A stretch of 64,000 bases of DNA from an uncultured Leptospira sp. (GCA_964509195.1 CAZDWJ010000002.1:8214-72213); one strand, 5' to 3'. Positions 46,524 to 57,167 are shown, counted from the first letter of the stretch. Translations and numbers: made by a program. Notes: generated from the sequence alone by a model not told the origin.

Positions 46524-48494
46524 ATGCAAAGGAAAAATAATTTTATTATTATCTTTTTTATTTTTATTTTATTATTTATTAATTGTGACCATAAAAAAAC
46601 CTTTTATGAGCCAAGAGCCATAGATGGTATATTAGACTTAAGAAATTGGGATGAATCTTCCAGCCAGATTATTTCATTAGATGGTGATTGGGAATTTTAC
46701 TGGAATCAACTCATTGAACCATCTCAGTTTGCAAAAGATATAAAACCATTTAGCTATATTGAAGTTCCTAAAGCATGGAATAAACAGGCAAGTTACAGGT
46801 ATTCATTTCAGGCATTTGGATATGCTACATATAGATTGCATATCCTTCATAATGTGAAGTACATAGGGCAAATTAAAACAATTAATATGCCTTATGTGCA
46901 TTCAGCGTATACCCTCTGGATTAATGGAAAAGTTGTAAGTCAAAACGGTAAGGTTGGAACCTCAAAATCAACTATGGTTCCATTTCAATTACCGGTTATA
47001 ACTCAATTTGTAATTGATTCTTCGGTTACAGAAGTTGTTTTGCATATATCAAACTTTCAGCAGAGGGCAGGAGGCATTTTAAGAAGTATAAAATATGGTA
47101 ATTACGATATAATAAATAAACAATATGAACTTAATCTTTTTATTACATTGTTTGTTACTGCAGCTCTTATTGTTATTCTTTTATTTCATATTGGACTTTT
47201 TGTAGTTAACAAAGGCTACAAACCAAATATTTATTTTGCTTTGTTTTGTGCATTTATAGGATTCAGGCTATTATTAACTGACGAAAAGCTTTTTGTAAAA
47301 ATGATTCCTTCTTTGCCATGGGATGCATATTTACGGATGGAGTATGGAACAATATTGTTTGGAGTTATATCGTTTGCAAATTTCATGAATGATTTATATC
47401 AAAAACAAGCAAATAAGACTGTGACACAAATCATCACTGTTTATTTTAGTTTATTTATTATTTTTGTATTCACTGTACCTATATCCTATGTATCATATGC
47501 ATTAATTTTAATTCAAATTGGATTATTTTTATCAGGTTTATATTTTTTATTCGTTTTAATAAGAGCAACATCAACAGAATCAGCAAATTCAATAATTTTT
47601 ATTGGCGGTTATATTATAATGTTCTTCACTCTGATTAATGATGTTTTATACTCTCAACAATTAATAAAAAGTATTTATTTATTTGAGATTGGTTTATTGG
47701 TTTTTGTATTTACACAATCATTAGCTGCACTTGAAGAATCAATAAAAATACAGAACCGATTAATTACTATTAATAGCGAGCTTGAAATTGCACGACGCAT
47801 TCAAAAGACAATTTTACCGGAAATAGTGCCGTCAACACCCTCTTTTCACGTTGAAGCATGTTATATACCCATGGATGAAATAGGAGGAGATTTTTACCAC
47901 TTTTATGAATTGGATGAAGAAAGAATTGGTGTGCTTATAGCTGATGTTACAGGTCATGGTATCCCTGCATCTTTGATTGCATCTACAGTAAATATTGCTT
48001 TTTCTTTACAAAGAAATCATGCAGATAATCCAGCTGCAGTTCTGGTAAATATGAATACTATTTTGTATGGTAAAACCGGAGGACAACCAATAACTGCTTT
48101 GTATACTTATATTGATGCATCACAAAAAGTAGTAAAATTCTCCAGGGCAGGTCATCCACTGCCATTGTTATTGCAAGGCGATAGCAAAAAGGTCATTGAG
48201 ATAGAAGTACCAGGAAAAATACTGAGTGTTTTCAAAACTATAAAAAATGACGTGACTACTTATCCAATACATAGCAATGATAGAATTATATTATACACAG
48301 ATGGAATTACAGAAATACGAAATGATAAGAACCAAATATTTGGTATTGATCGCTTTATATCATGTATCGAAAAAAATCACAATAAAAGCAGTAGAGACCT
48401 TATTGATAGCATTGTTGACACTGTTGTTAATTGGGCTGGAAGTAAAGATAGAATAACTGATGATATAACTCTGGTGATCATTGATATCAAATAA
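46524..48494 (+). CDS. 7TMR-DISM sensor fused to PP2C/SpoIIE-type serine phosphatase
   Basis: Extracellular 7TMR-DISM_7TM-associated domain (LDLRNWDE ... DGDWEFYWNQL), a seven-TM block, and a C-terminal PP2C (GGDFYHF ... IADVTGHGIPASL ... TDGITE). Confidence 0.75.
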   Translation: MQRKNNFIIIFFIFILLFINCDHKKTFYEPRAIDGILDLRNWDESSSQIISLDGDWEFYWNQLIEPSQFAKDIKPFSYIEVPKAWNKQASYRYSFQAFGYATYRLHILHNVKYIGQIKTINMPYVHSAYTLWINGKVVSQNGKVGTSKSTMVPFQLPVITQFVIDSSVTEVVLHISNFQQRAGGILRSIKYGNYDIINKQYELNLFITLFVTAALIVILLFHIGLFVVNKGYKPNIYFALFCAFIGFRLLLTDEKLFVKMIPSLPWDAYLRMEYGTILFGVISFANFMNDLYQKQANKTVTQIITVYFSLFIIFVFTVPISYVSYALILIQIGLFLSGLYFLFVLIRATSTESANSIIFIGGYIIMFFTLINDVLYSQQLIKSIYLFEIGLLVFVFTQSLAALEESIKIQNRLITINSELEIARRIQKTILPEIVPSTPSFHVEACYIPMDEIGGDFYHFYELDEERIGVLIADVTGHGIPASLIASTVNIAFSLQRNHADNPAAVLVNMNTILYGKTGGQPITALYTYIDASQKVVKFSRAGHPLPLLLQGDSKKVIEIEVPGKILSVFKTIKNDVTTYPIHSNDRIILYTDGITEIRNDKNQIFGIDRFISCIEKNHNKSSRDLIDSIVDTVVNWAGSKDRITDDITLVIIDIK

Positions 48495-48501
48495 AAGCTA
48501 T

Positions 48502-48885
48502 TTAAAGCTGTCGAATTGCAATTGCATCTATTTCTATTATGGCACCAGCGGGAAGATCAGAGACTCCTATGCATGAACGTGCTGGCGGATTAGAAGGGAA
48601 AAACTTTTTATATATTTTATTCATTTGTGAAAAGTGATTCATGTCTTTAAGATAGACAGTAATTTTTACAATATTCTCCATTTTACTTCCCATACTTTCT
48701 ACTATGCTTTTAATGTTATTCAAAACTAGTTCGGTAGCCTTACTAATATCGTCCATTATGACAATGTTTTGTGTGGTATCCATGGGGATAACTCCTGAAA
48801 TAAATAAAAAACCTTCAGCTTCCACAACATGAGAATATGGTCCACCTTTTGGCAAATTATCAAAATTGTAATGTTTAACTTGCAT
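48502..48885 (-). CDS. ridA: RidA/YjgF family reactive-intermediate deaminase
   Basis: 127 aa, with PYSHVVEAEGFLFISG and PARSCIGV matching the RidA family. Confidence 0.8.
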   Translation of the reverse strand: MQVKHYNFDNLPKGGPYSHVVEAEGFLFISGVIPMDTTQNIVIMDDISKATELVLNNIKSIVESMGSKMENIVKITVYLKDMNHFSQMNKIYKKFFPSNPPARSCIGVSDLPAGAIIEIDAIAIRQL

Positions 48886-48896
48886 CCTGTAAACGT

Positions 48897-50069
48897 TTAT
48901 AACAATTTTTTCTCTTCTAATTTTTTTTGAATTGATTGCAACTGCTTATAATTATTAATAATTTTAATCATATATCTGTTATCAGGATCATGTGACAGGT
49001 CAATCTCCATTGGGTTTTCATAAAACCGTGCTAGCAATTGTTCACCTGTCCTTTGGAATTTACAGAATATTATAACTTTTGGTTTCAGCATATCGTTTAT
49101 ACCAAAATCTTTTATAATAGCAAGCTCCTGTGTATTCAGTTCACAAATATCATTTTGAGTATAAAAAGACTGTGTGTTATTTAAAATAGGACCTAATTTG
49201 TTAATAAAAATATTTATTAATTTATAATCAAATTGAGAATTAATTGCATTTAAGATGGCTTTGAGTGCATTACTTGGTTCGATAGCATCTCTAAATGGAC
49301 GTTTAGATGTTAATGCATCATAGATATCACATAAACCAATTATTTTAGGATAAATGGGCAAATTTTCATAGGGTAATCCGTAATATCCATTATTATGGTA
49401 ACGTTCATGATGAAACAACACTGATTGTAATACTATTGGATGAACATCTTTTATTTTTTTTAGTGTTTCATATCCTAACTGGGGATGGCGTTTCATTTTC
49501 TGAATGTCGGTTATATTATATTTTCCTTCTTTTTCTAATAGAATTTTATCTAATTGCATTTGTCCGATATCATGCAAATACCCACCTAAAGCTATATTTT
49601 TAATCTCATCTTTGTTAAATGTTCCAATCATACGGGCAAGAACAGCGCTTAAAATTCCTACATTTACTGAATGATTGTAAATATATTCTTCATAGCTTTT
49701 TAAATCTTTCAGTAGATTGAGTGCTAATATTTCGGTTGAAGTAAGGTCATTGACGATATCATTAATAACCTTTTCTGCTTCATGAAATGCCACTTTGCTT
49801 ATCTTATGGCTATGAGATATCTCATGCATTATTTCTCTGGATTTATTGCGGGCAATTTGCATCCTGAAGGTAGGAATCACTGCCATTTGCCCGTTGTCAT
49901 TGTAATATAGTATATTACCATACCGGGCTTTAATTGCGTTAATTTTATCAGCGGTTAATGCTACACGCGGCGGCAAGACCACATCACCATCTTCAGATAT
50001 AAGTGGATATATAAAAGTACTGTTAGGTCTTAGATAATCTACATCTATTTTTATTCTTTTTCCAAGCAT
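48897..50069 (-). CDS. HD-GYP domain protein (paralog of the 646..1917 protein)
   Basis: HSVNVGIL ... GGYLHDIGQ ... HHERYHNNGYYGLPY (GYP) ... DIYDALTSKRPFR. It has a similar N-domain and C-terminal extension, and lies upstream of ridA in the same orientation. Confidence 0.75.
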   Translation of the reverse strand: MLGKRIKIDVDYLRPNSTFIYPLISEDGDVVLPPRVALTADKINAIKARYGNILYYNDNGQMAVIPTFRMQIARNKSREIMHEISHSHKISKVAFHEAEKVINDIVNDLTSTEILALNLLKDLKSYEEYIYNHSVNVGILSAVLARMIGTFNKDEIKNIALGGYLHDIGQMQLDKILLEKEGKYNITDIQKMKRHPQLGYETLKKIKDVHPIVLQSVLFHHERYHNNGYYGLPYENLPIYPKIIGLCDIYDALTSKRPFRDAIEPSNALKAILNAINSQFDYKLINIFINKLGPILNNTQSFYTQNDICELNTQELAIIKDFGINDMLKPKVIIFCKFQRTGEQLLARFYENPMEIDLSHDPDNRYMIKIINNYKQLQSIQKKLEEKKLL

Positions 50070-50281
50070 CAGGCGGTATTTACACGCTAATATTTATTTC
50101 AATATAAATAAATCGATGATATAAATCAATTATATTTTTCCTGTAAAGTTAAAAAAATATATTTAATACAGTATCAAGAAATTAAATCAATATATCTAGA
50201 AATTAGTATATAGTGAAGTTGTACTAGAATGAACTGAAATTTATTTTTTAAATAAACAATAGATGTCTTGTTTAACAACAA

Positions 50282-50827
50282 CTACGTAAAAACGGTAAAG
50301 TTTTTTATAGTCTGCAGTAAAATCTGAGCGGCATTAAGTGCATCTTCTTTTGTAAGTCCGCAGTCGTTATACAAGGAATCGGCCATAAATTTTCGAATAG
50401 CCATATATACATCTTCAGTGGGGTAAAAAATGAATGCAAAATTTTCCCCACGTGTTTTCAAAATGGTGAATGATGTATATAACATTAAAGGTTCTTTAGG
50501 TATCATTATTTTTTCCTGTTTTTGACCGGTAAGTATTGTCAGATCATCAAAACGATATGGTATCGATTTGCCTGCTTCCCTGTGTACTGGCTCTTCATAT
50601 CTTCGGGCATACGTTGGTGGTTCTACTAATAAGTGTGTTCTGCTCCCATCGGTTTTGAATGTGAGCCCTTCTGCAGTTTGATAAATATCTTTAACATTTT
50701 TATATGCAGTTACTTCATAAATAGAATAGATTGAGTCAGAATCAAAAAAAGAACAAATGATAAACCCACCATTTGATGGTATTGAGTTACTCATATAGGC
50801 TTTAAAAAGCGCAGTGCCTTTTGCCAT
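50282..50827 (-). CDS. Hypothetical protein (about 181 aa)
   Basis: I prefer ATG 50827 (MAKGTALFKAY...) with RBS GAGAGG over the track GTG at 50887. No recognisable domain. Confidence 0.4.
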   Translation of the reverse strand: MAKGTALFKAYMSNSIPSNGGFIICSFFDSDSIYSIYEVTAYKNVKDIYQTAEGLTFKTDGSRTHLLVEPPTYARRYEEPVHREAGKSIPYRFDDLTILTGQKQEKIMIPKEPLMLYTSFTILKTRGENFAFIFYPTEDVYMAIRKFMADSLYNDCGLTKEDALNAAQILLQTIKNFTVFT

Positions 50828-50947
50828 GTTGTACCTCTCGTTATCAGTCAAGTTAATAAAGAATGGTATACTTAATATGGGAACCACTCATAATTATATA
50901 AGAGGTAAAAGTTTAATGCAAACATTTTTTTTAAGGCAATTGGGATT

Positions 50948-51547
50948 TTATTGTTTTTTCTTTTTGTAAATGATAATGGTTACAATTGTTAAAAGGAAAA
51001 GTGAGAACAGTAATAATTTGTACTTATTGAGGTAAGGGAATATAACTTCGTAATTAGAACCTAATGTATATCCAAGGGTAAAAAGTACTGTTGATGTTAT
51101 GGATAGTGCCATGAAATCCACAATCATGAATTTGTATATGTTCATCTTTGCTAATCCTGCAGTCAGAAATATAACATTTCTTATCCCAAATGGAATAAAC
51201 CTGCCAAAAAATAATGTTTTTGACCCATGAGATTCATAGTAATATTCAATCTTTTGTATTTTATCCAGGGGGTAAAATCTTGCTAATTTCTTGTGTTCAA
51301 AAATAAATTTCATTCCAAATCTACCCAAACAATAGGATATTATATCACTGGTATAGGCACCCAACACACAACCTGCAGCAATTTTAAATGTATGTTCAGG
51401 TATAATCGTTGCCGCAATAGAAGCGGATATGATAAATATTATATCCTCGGATATTGGAAAATTAAAACCTGCAAGAACAAGAAGTATAAAAGAAAAATAG
51501 TGCACATGAGGTGCAAAATCAAAGAGAAGCTGGGAGATATAAGCCAT
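50948..51547 (-). CDS. DedA/TVP38 (SNARE-associated) family membrane protein
   Basis: 199 aa with TM helices and DedA core motifs (FPISEDIIFIISA ... FGRFIPFGIRNVIFLTAG). Confidence 0.7.
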   Translation of the reverse strand: MAYISQLLFDFAPHVHYFSFILLVLAGFNFPISEDIIFIISASIAATIIPEHTFKIAAGCVLGAYTSDIISYCLGRFGMKFIFEHKKLARFYPLDKIQKIEYYYESHGSKTLFFGRFIPFGIRNVIFLTAGLAKMNIYKFMIVDFMALSITSTVLFTLGYTLGSNYEVIFPYLNKYKLLLFSLFLLTIVTIIIYKKKKQ

Positions 51548-51570
51548 AGAGAATTCTCACAATTATATAA

Positions 51571-51897
51571 TTAATCAATGATAAATGGTTCGTATTTTAC
51601 TGCAACAGTACCTTTTTTTACCCATATGCGTATTTGTAATGCGTTTTTCCCGTCTTGAGAAGAAATAGTTCCTAATTCTTCAACCAGTTCTATGGTATCA
51701 ATAGAAAATTCATAAAAAATTTTTTTATCTGTAAATGGATCAGATAATAGAATAATTTTTGATTTATCGTACTGGTGTTTCTTGGGGGTCCCAACAAACG
51801 CAACATGATTTTCAAAAAAATTGATGTTTCTGTATCTATCAATTGCAGTTTTATCATTTTCTTTGAGTAAATTTAATAATTTTATCTGTTCATCCAT
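51571..51897 (-). CDS. Hypothetical protein (108 aa)
   Basis: ORF between the TetR and DedA genes on the same strand. No motif. Confidence 0.35.
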   Translation of the reverse strand: MDEQIKLLNLLKENDKTAIDRYRNINFFENHVAFVGTPKKHQYDKSKIILLSDPFTDKKIFYEFSIDTIELVEELGTISSQDGKNALQIRIWVKKGTVAVKYEPFIID

Positions 51898-51915
51898 AGC
51901 TATCTGCCATAATTA

Positions 51916-52509
51916 TTAAATTCTTTTAATGCCGTTAATAATAATTTCAATTGATTCCTGAACAATAATTCCCTGTAATGGTTTGTTGCTGTCAATAATA
52001 AGTAAGTTTATCATTGTCAAGATAATTCCACAACATACTTTTGATAATACAGGAATATGTGCATTACGTATAAATCCACGTGATATGCCTACACTAAGAA
52101 ACTTTTCTAATTCCTGATATATAATTTGCTGCATTTTATCAGGGAAATAGGCATATTTTGAATCATACGCATGCAATAATAAAAATCCTAATTCATTACT
52201 AAATTTAAGCGCAAATTCACTTAATCTCAAAATTTCCTGTTTGATAATTCCATAATACTCTTGTTGAGTTATGTTTTCAGGCAAGGGTGTTAATATAAAG
52301 ATTGAATCAATTGAATCAGCTATTGGCTGGTAAATTTCTGTCAGGAGCATTTGTTTATCTTTAAAATATACATAGAATGTGCCAGTTGCAAGATTGCAAT
52401 AATCCATGATTTCATTAATTTTAGTTTTAGAATAGCCCTTTTCGTTAAATAATTTTTCAGCAGCGTAAAGAATTTTTGTTTTTGTTTCTGGCTTAATGGT
52501 TTGAGGCAT
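51916..52509 (-). CDS. TetR/AcrR family transcriptional regulator
   Basis: N-terminal TetR HTH (KILYAAEKLFNEKGYSKTKINEIMDYCNLATGTFYVYFKDK). Confidence 0.75.
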   Translation of the reverse strand: MPQTIKPETKTKILYAAEKLFNEKGYSKTKINEIMDYCNLATGTFYVYFKDKQMLLTEIYQPIADSIDSIFILTPLPENITQQEYYGIIKQEILRLSEFALKFSNELGFLLLHAYDSKYAYFPDKMQQIIYQELEKFLSVGISRGFIRNAHIPVLSKVCCGIILTMINLLIIDSNKPLQGIIVQESIEIIINGIKRI

Positions 52510-52645
52510 TATATTTCCCTTTTAAATTAAAATTGTCGCAATTTTAAAATAATTTGATTATATAATCAACAAAATAAAATCTTGACAATATTGAAAAATT
52601 TATTACATGTTTATAAAGGAGTACCAGGTGTAAAAATAAAGAATT

Positions 52646-54910
52646 ATGCAAAGAATAATAAGTAAAATATCCTTTCTCCATTTACCGTCACTGATTATAG
52701 CTATTGCTGTGCTACTGGGTTTTCTGGTAGTTCAAAAACTATATTTTACAGTACTGTTAAGTCAAAAAGTAACACCTCAGGTTATAGAAGAAATATTTGA
52801 AAAGAATTTCAAAAAAGCAATACAGTTTGATGATAGTAGTCCAACATTGGGTGGAAATATAATTTTAAAAAATGTCAAGATAGCACCTACAACTGATTTT
52901 AATGATAGTTATAATCTAATATCGTGTAAAAGTGCAACAATTGATTTAAATTATTTCAAAGCCATTACTGGAACAATTGCGATTAAGGGTATAATATTTT
53001 CTGATGCATCTATAACAATTGTTAAGAATTATGGGAAAAGCTATATTGATACATTTAGGGGTATATTTTCGGGGATAGCTAATAACAATACAGTTACCCT
53101 TGATAATTTTTATATAAAAGCATATGGCAATTTACAGTACAATGAAAGTTTAAGTACAGATAAATTAAAAATTAGTGTACAGGATATGTCACTGATAATT
53201 AAAATGAGAAACAAACAACTATCCTATGCCATTAAAGGAGTGGTTGAGCCTATTGATGATAATCTTGATTTGGGTAAGATTAACGTATCGGGGACCATTA
53301 ACTACACAGATAAATGGAAATACACATCATCACATCATAATATATATGCAAAAAAATTAGATATGCATATAGCAAATTATTTTTTAAGGGATTATTCTGA
53401 TTTACCCGTTTCAGTAAGAGGATATTTTTATACAGATTGCAAAATTGGTCATGATTCCAAATATTCATTCAATGGTACAATTGAATTTGATAATTGTACT
53501 ATAGAGAACATTAAAAATATCCCTCATTATGAGATACTATCTAAAGATAATATTAGTATCGATGCACAGATGGACTTTAATGAAGATTTATCTGACATCA
53601 ATATTTCATCATTTTCATTTAATGATAAGGAACTGTCAATTAATGTTGCGGCACGATTTATTAAGGATACATTGCTGCAGTTCAATATCTCTACAAATAA
53701 AATTGATCTGGAAGATTGTGATTATATTCAATTATTACCTGGAATGAGGTATGATGGTTCATTGGTCTTGAAAACTGAGTGTGATTTTGATATTGCCAAT
53801 GGCACAATGAAACTCTTCAAAATTTTATGTGACGCTTATGATGTATCTGTTAACAGAAAGATTGGGAAAAATTCAATTTCATACTTACAGGATGCAAGAT
53901 TAAAAGTGGATGGTGATATAAAAACAATACTATTAGATTTTTCTTCTAAACATGAGAAATCTGATATTTCATTACAGTCAAAAATAAATATTGATAAATG
54001 GGCGCCATTTACCTCTACCACAGAAATAAGCTTCACATCAAAAACATTGTATACTGACTTATTAGTAGATATTATTGCTACAGGCATATCTTCAATATAT
54101 GCTAGTGCTATAGAGGATATGGGGTTTGGTTATAATGAAATATTTTTCAGGGATAAGCCATTGGGCAAATATCTCACTAATAATATTATCAAATTGAAAA
54201 TAAACATAGCACGTTTAATTTTTAATAAGAATGCACAACTAAAAAACATAAGTATTGATATTTTATCTAATAAAGGCATTGTCGCAACACCATCGTTTAC
54301 CTGCGAAGGGTATTCAGGAATATATTCGTTTAATGTAAATGCATTTTGCAATTGCGATTACCCTAGTCTTAGCTTTAGTGCGGGTGTTTCTAATTTTGAT
54401 TATGGCAGATTTTTGCAAGACGGTGGACAAAAAAATGCTACAGGTATTATGAATGCAAATGTAAATTATTCTGTATCAGGATACCGGCTAAGCCATCTGT
54501 TGCAAAATGGTAATGGTTTTTTACAGGTAACTATCGCAAATACTTTATTTGATAAAACGCTTATAAACAAAAAGATTGGTGAAATAGCTGCTAACTGTAA
54601 TATTTCATTTCCTAATAGCATCTGGCGATGTAACAGGCTTGATGTTACAGTTAATCATGTAGCTGACAGGTGGATCCTACAAAATATGTTTATAGATACA
54701 GACATGATGCAACTTGGTGGATATGGAAGCTATACAATAGATAAAGGATTATCATTGCCCTGTTATGCAACATTATTTATAAAAGAAGGGCCAGTAATCA
54801 GAGGATCTCAAAGAGTAAATTTTGTAATTACAGGTTCCCTTGATAATCCCGTGATTGTAACTGGCGCTCCCTGTGGTAAGAAAGAAATATCAGTCTTTGA
54901 TGTCAATTAG
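52646..54910 (+). CDS. AsmA-family / TamB-like large envelope protein (N-terminal TM anchor, beta-rich body)
   Basis: 754 aa with a single N-terminal TM (LPSLIIAIAVLLGFLVV) and a long N/S/T/I/K-rich repetitive beta-strand region. The family assignment rests on architecture only. Confidence 0.45.
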   Translation: MQRIISKISFLHLPSLIIAIAVLLGFLVVQKLYFTVLLSQKVTPQVIEEIFEKNFKKAIQFDDSSPTLGGNIILKNVKIAPTTDFNDSYNLISCKSATIDLNYFKAITGTIAIKGIIFSDASITIVKNYGKSYIDTFRGIFSGIANNNTVTLDNFYIKAYGNLQYNESLSTDKLKISVQDMSLIIKMRNKQLSYAIKGVVEPIDDNLDLGKINVSGTINYTDKWKYTSSHHNIYAKKLDMHIANYFLRDYSDLPVSVRGYFYTDCKIGHDSKYSFNGTIEFDNCTIENIKNIPHYEILSKDNISIDAQMDFNEDLSDINISSFSFNDKELSINVAARFIKDTLLQFNISTNKIDLEDCDYIQLLPGMRYDGSLVLKTECDFDIANGTMKLFKILCDAYDVSVNRKIGKNSISYLQDARLKVDGDIKTILLDFSSKHEKSDISLQSKINIDKWAPFTSTTEISFTSKTLYTDLLVDIIATGISSIYASAIEDMGFGYNEIFFRDKPLGKYLTNNIIKLKINIARLIFNKNAQLKNISIDILSNKGIVATPSFTCEGYSGIYSFNVNAFCNCDYPSLSFSAGVSNFDYGRFLQDGGQKNATGIMNANVNYSVSGYRLSHLLQNGNGFLQVTIANTLFDKTLINKKIGEIAANCNISFPNSIWRCNRLDVTVNHVADRWILQNMFIDTDMMQLGGYGSYTIDKGLSLPCYATLFIKEGPVIRGSQRVNFVITGSLDNPVIVTGAPCGKKEISVFDVN

Positions 54911-56881
54911 TTCGTAAATCTTAACTGGCAATTGCTTACCTTTGACCCTTACTAGATCAAGTTCACGTGCTATTACATGATCCTTGACCTGTTCATAGGT
55001 GAATTCACTTATTATGATATCTGTGCCATACTGTTTGTTTGTTCCTTCAAGGCGTGCTCCTAAGTTTACATTATCACCCATTAATGTATAGTCCATACGC
55101 GAAGCAGAACCCATATTGCCAACTACCATTTCTCCGGTATTTATTCCAATACCTATATGGAGGGCAGGCTTATTCATCTGAACCCACCGCTTATTCAGTT
55201 GTTCAAGGACCTGCATCATCTCAACAGCACATTTACATGCTAATAGTGCATGATCTTCCTGAGGAATAGGCGCTCCCCAGAATGCCATGATTTCGTCGCC
55301 TACGTATTTATCAAGTGTACCATCATACTTAAAGACCAGTTCAGTCATTGCTTGCAAGTATTCATTGAGATGCTCAACAAGTTCTTCTGGTGTCATTTTT
55401 TCTGAAATGGTGGTAAAACTTCGTATGTCTGAGAATAATACGGTAAGTATCTTTTTCTCGCCACCAAGTTTTAACTTTTCAGGATGTTTTAACAATTCAT
55501 CAACAACAGTTTTAGATACAAACTTGGAGAAAGTCTGGCGTATATATTTTTTCTCCTGTTGTTCTGTTAATACTCTGTAAGCAATAATAATTGAAAATGT
55601 TGTACCAACCTGAATTATGGGAGATGCAAATATAGTAATTATATTAAACACATCAAAGAGTAAATAAGATCCTATAATATAAAATAATGTAAGTCCCACG
55701 GTGAATGCAATAGAAGTAATAATCGAAACCTGAGTTAGAATGAATCCCAAAAGCAGAGCGATAACAAAAAGAATGAGTATATTCTGCCAGGTGGTAAGCT
55801 TAATGATAAATTCCTGATTTAGTATGGTATTGATAGCATTGGCATGGTGTTCTATTCCAAATAGATCTCCATAGGGAGATTTGTGAATATCTGTGGAGAT
55901 ACCTGTTGATGCATAGGCAGCAATAAGAATAATTTTATCCTGCAATGAAGTGTTACCGGTCATTTTGCCATCTCTACAGAAATAATAGTAGGGGTAATGG
56001 TTAAAACTCCCGGGACCACCAATAAAGTTGATATCCATGAAACCTTCTTCATCAATTGGAATATACATAGTATTATCAGGAGTTGCTTTTGCCATTTTTT
56101 CTTTTGGTATGTTTGACAACTTTATATATTTCCCCATTTTTATAGTTACATCTTTTTTGGTGATGCCATAATAATGCATAACAATTAAAAGGTCTATAGA
56201 AGGATAATATTTGCCTTTATATTTTACTATTAATGGAACTTTCCTGTTTACATGGTCTGCATCCGGACGTATATTTGCAAACCCCAACCCTATTGCAGCC
56301 TGTGACAGCAGTGGTGTGGGTGGGACAGCTTCTTCAACCCATGGCATTGAAGTATCCTGCGGGTCTGCAGGGAAAGAATAGATGTCCAGGATACGCATGC
56401 GTTCATCAATATCAGTATATTTGACATCAACTTCTTCTGTTTCAAAAGGGTAATCTAAGAAAACACAATTTGCTTCTTTAATAGCTTTTGCAAAATCTTC
56501 TTCATATGGCTTATGATCCAGAAACATGATATCAAAAAACATTGCTTTGGGATTTCCCGAACCAACATAACGGGTGAATTTTGCATGATATGACCATGGG
56601 AAAGGCCATTTAATGCCTTCGTTGTCAAATTCACGTATAGTGTTTTCATCAATGCCCAGAATAATTATATCATCACGGGATCGTGGGTTCTTCCGCGACA
56701 TTCTGACACCTTCCTGTAATTTAATTGCTTTCTCAGAAGGGTCGCGTAAATAGAATCTGAAATTAATTGCCCCATTTTCAAGGCCGTCCAAAAGCTTAGT
56801 TTGGGTATAGAAAAATAATAAAATAAAAAAAACACCTAATGATAGACCTAAACCAAGAAGTTGATTTTTATTGATTTGCAT
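54890..56881 (-). CDS. CHASE2 sensor-domain adenylate/guanylate cyclase (class III)
   Basis: N-terminal TM plus CHASE2 (DIIILGIDENTIREF ... WPFPWSYHA), TM cluster, and a C-terminal cyclase (LFSDIRSFT ... YVGDEIMAFWGAP ... GINTGEMVVGNMGS). Confidence 0.8.
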   Translation of the reverse strand: MQINKNQLLGLGLSLGVFFILLFFYTQTKLLDGLENGAINFRFYLRDPSEKAIKLQEGVRMSRKNPRSRDDIIILGIDENTIREFDNEGIKWPFPWSYHAKFTRYVGSGNPKAMFFDIMFLDHKPYEEDFAKAIKEANCVFLDYPFETEEVDVKYTDIDERMRILDIYSFPADPQDTSMPWVEEAVPPTPLLSQAAIGLGFANIRPDADHVNRKVPLIVKYKGKYYPSIDLLIVMHYYGITKKDVTIKMGKYIKLSNIPKEKMAKATPDNTMYIPIDEEGFMDINFIGGPGSFNHYPYYYFCRDGKMTGNTSLQDKIILIAAYASTGISTDIHKSPYGDLFGIEHHANAINTILNQEFIIKLTTWQNILILFVIALLLGFILTQVSIITSIAFTVGLTLFYIIGSYLLFDVFNIITIFASPIIQVGTTFSIIIAYRVLTEQQEKKYIRQTFSKFVSKTVVDELLKHPEKLKLGGEKKILTVLFSDIRSFTTISEKMTPEELVEHLNEYLQAMTELVFKYDGTLDKYVGDEIMAFWGAPIPQEDHALLACKCAVEMMQVLEQLNKRWVQMNKPALHIGIGINTGEMVVGNMGSASRMDYTLMGDNVNLGARLEGTNKQYGTDIIISEFTYEQVKDHVIARELDLVRVKGKQLPVKIYELIDIKD

Positions 56882-57167
56882 AATGATTACCCTTGTGATA
56901 AAATATTATTACAATATTGGTTATTGATTTTTTAAATCTAAATTAAGCGATACTATAATCTATAGATTATTGCAAGTTTTTTATTAAATTCTTGACAAAA
57001 TAATTTGCGAAAAAAAATCACAATGTATCATATTCAATTGAAATGTAGTGATATACTACTATTTTATTGATACTATTTAAAAATCAAGGAGTGGTTATCA
57101 ATAGATTTTCTACTTTGCTTCTTCAGGATGACTCATTTCATTCTAATTTACATAAAGAGGTGTAGTC

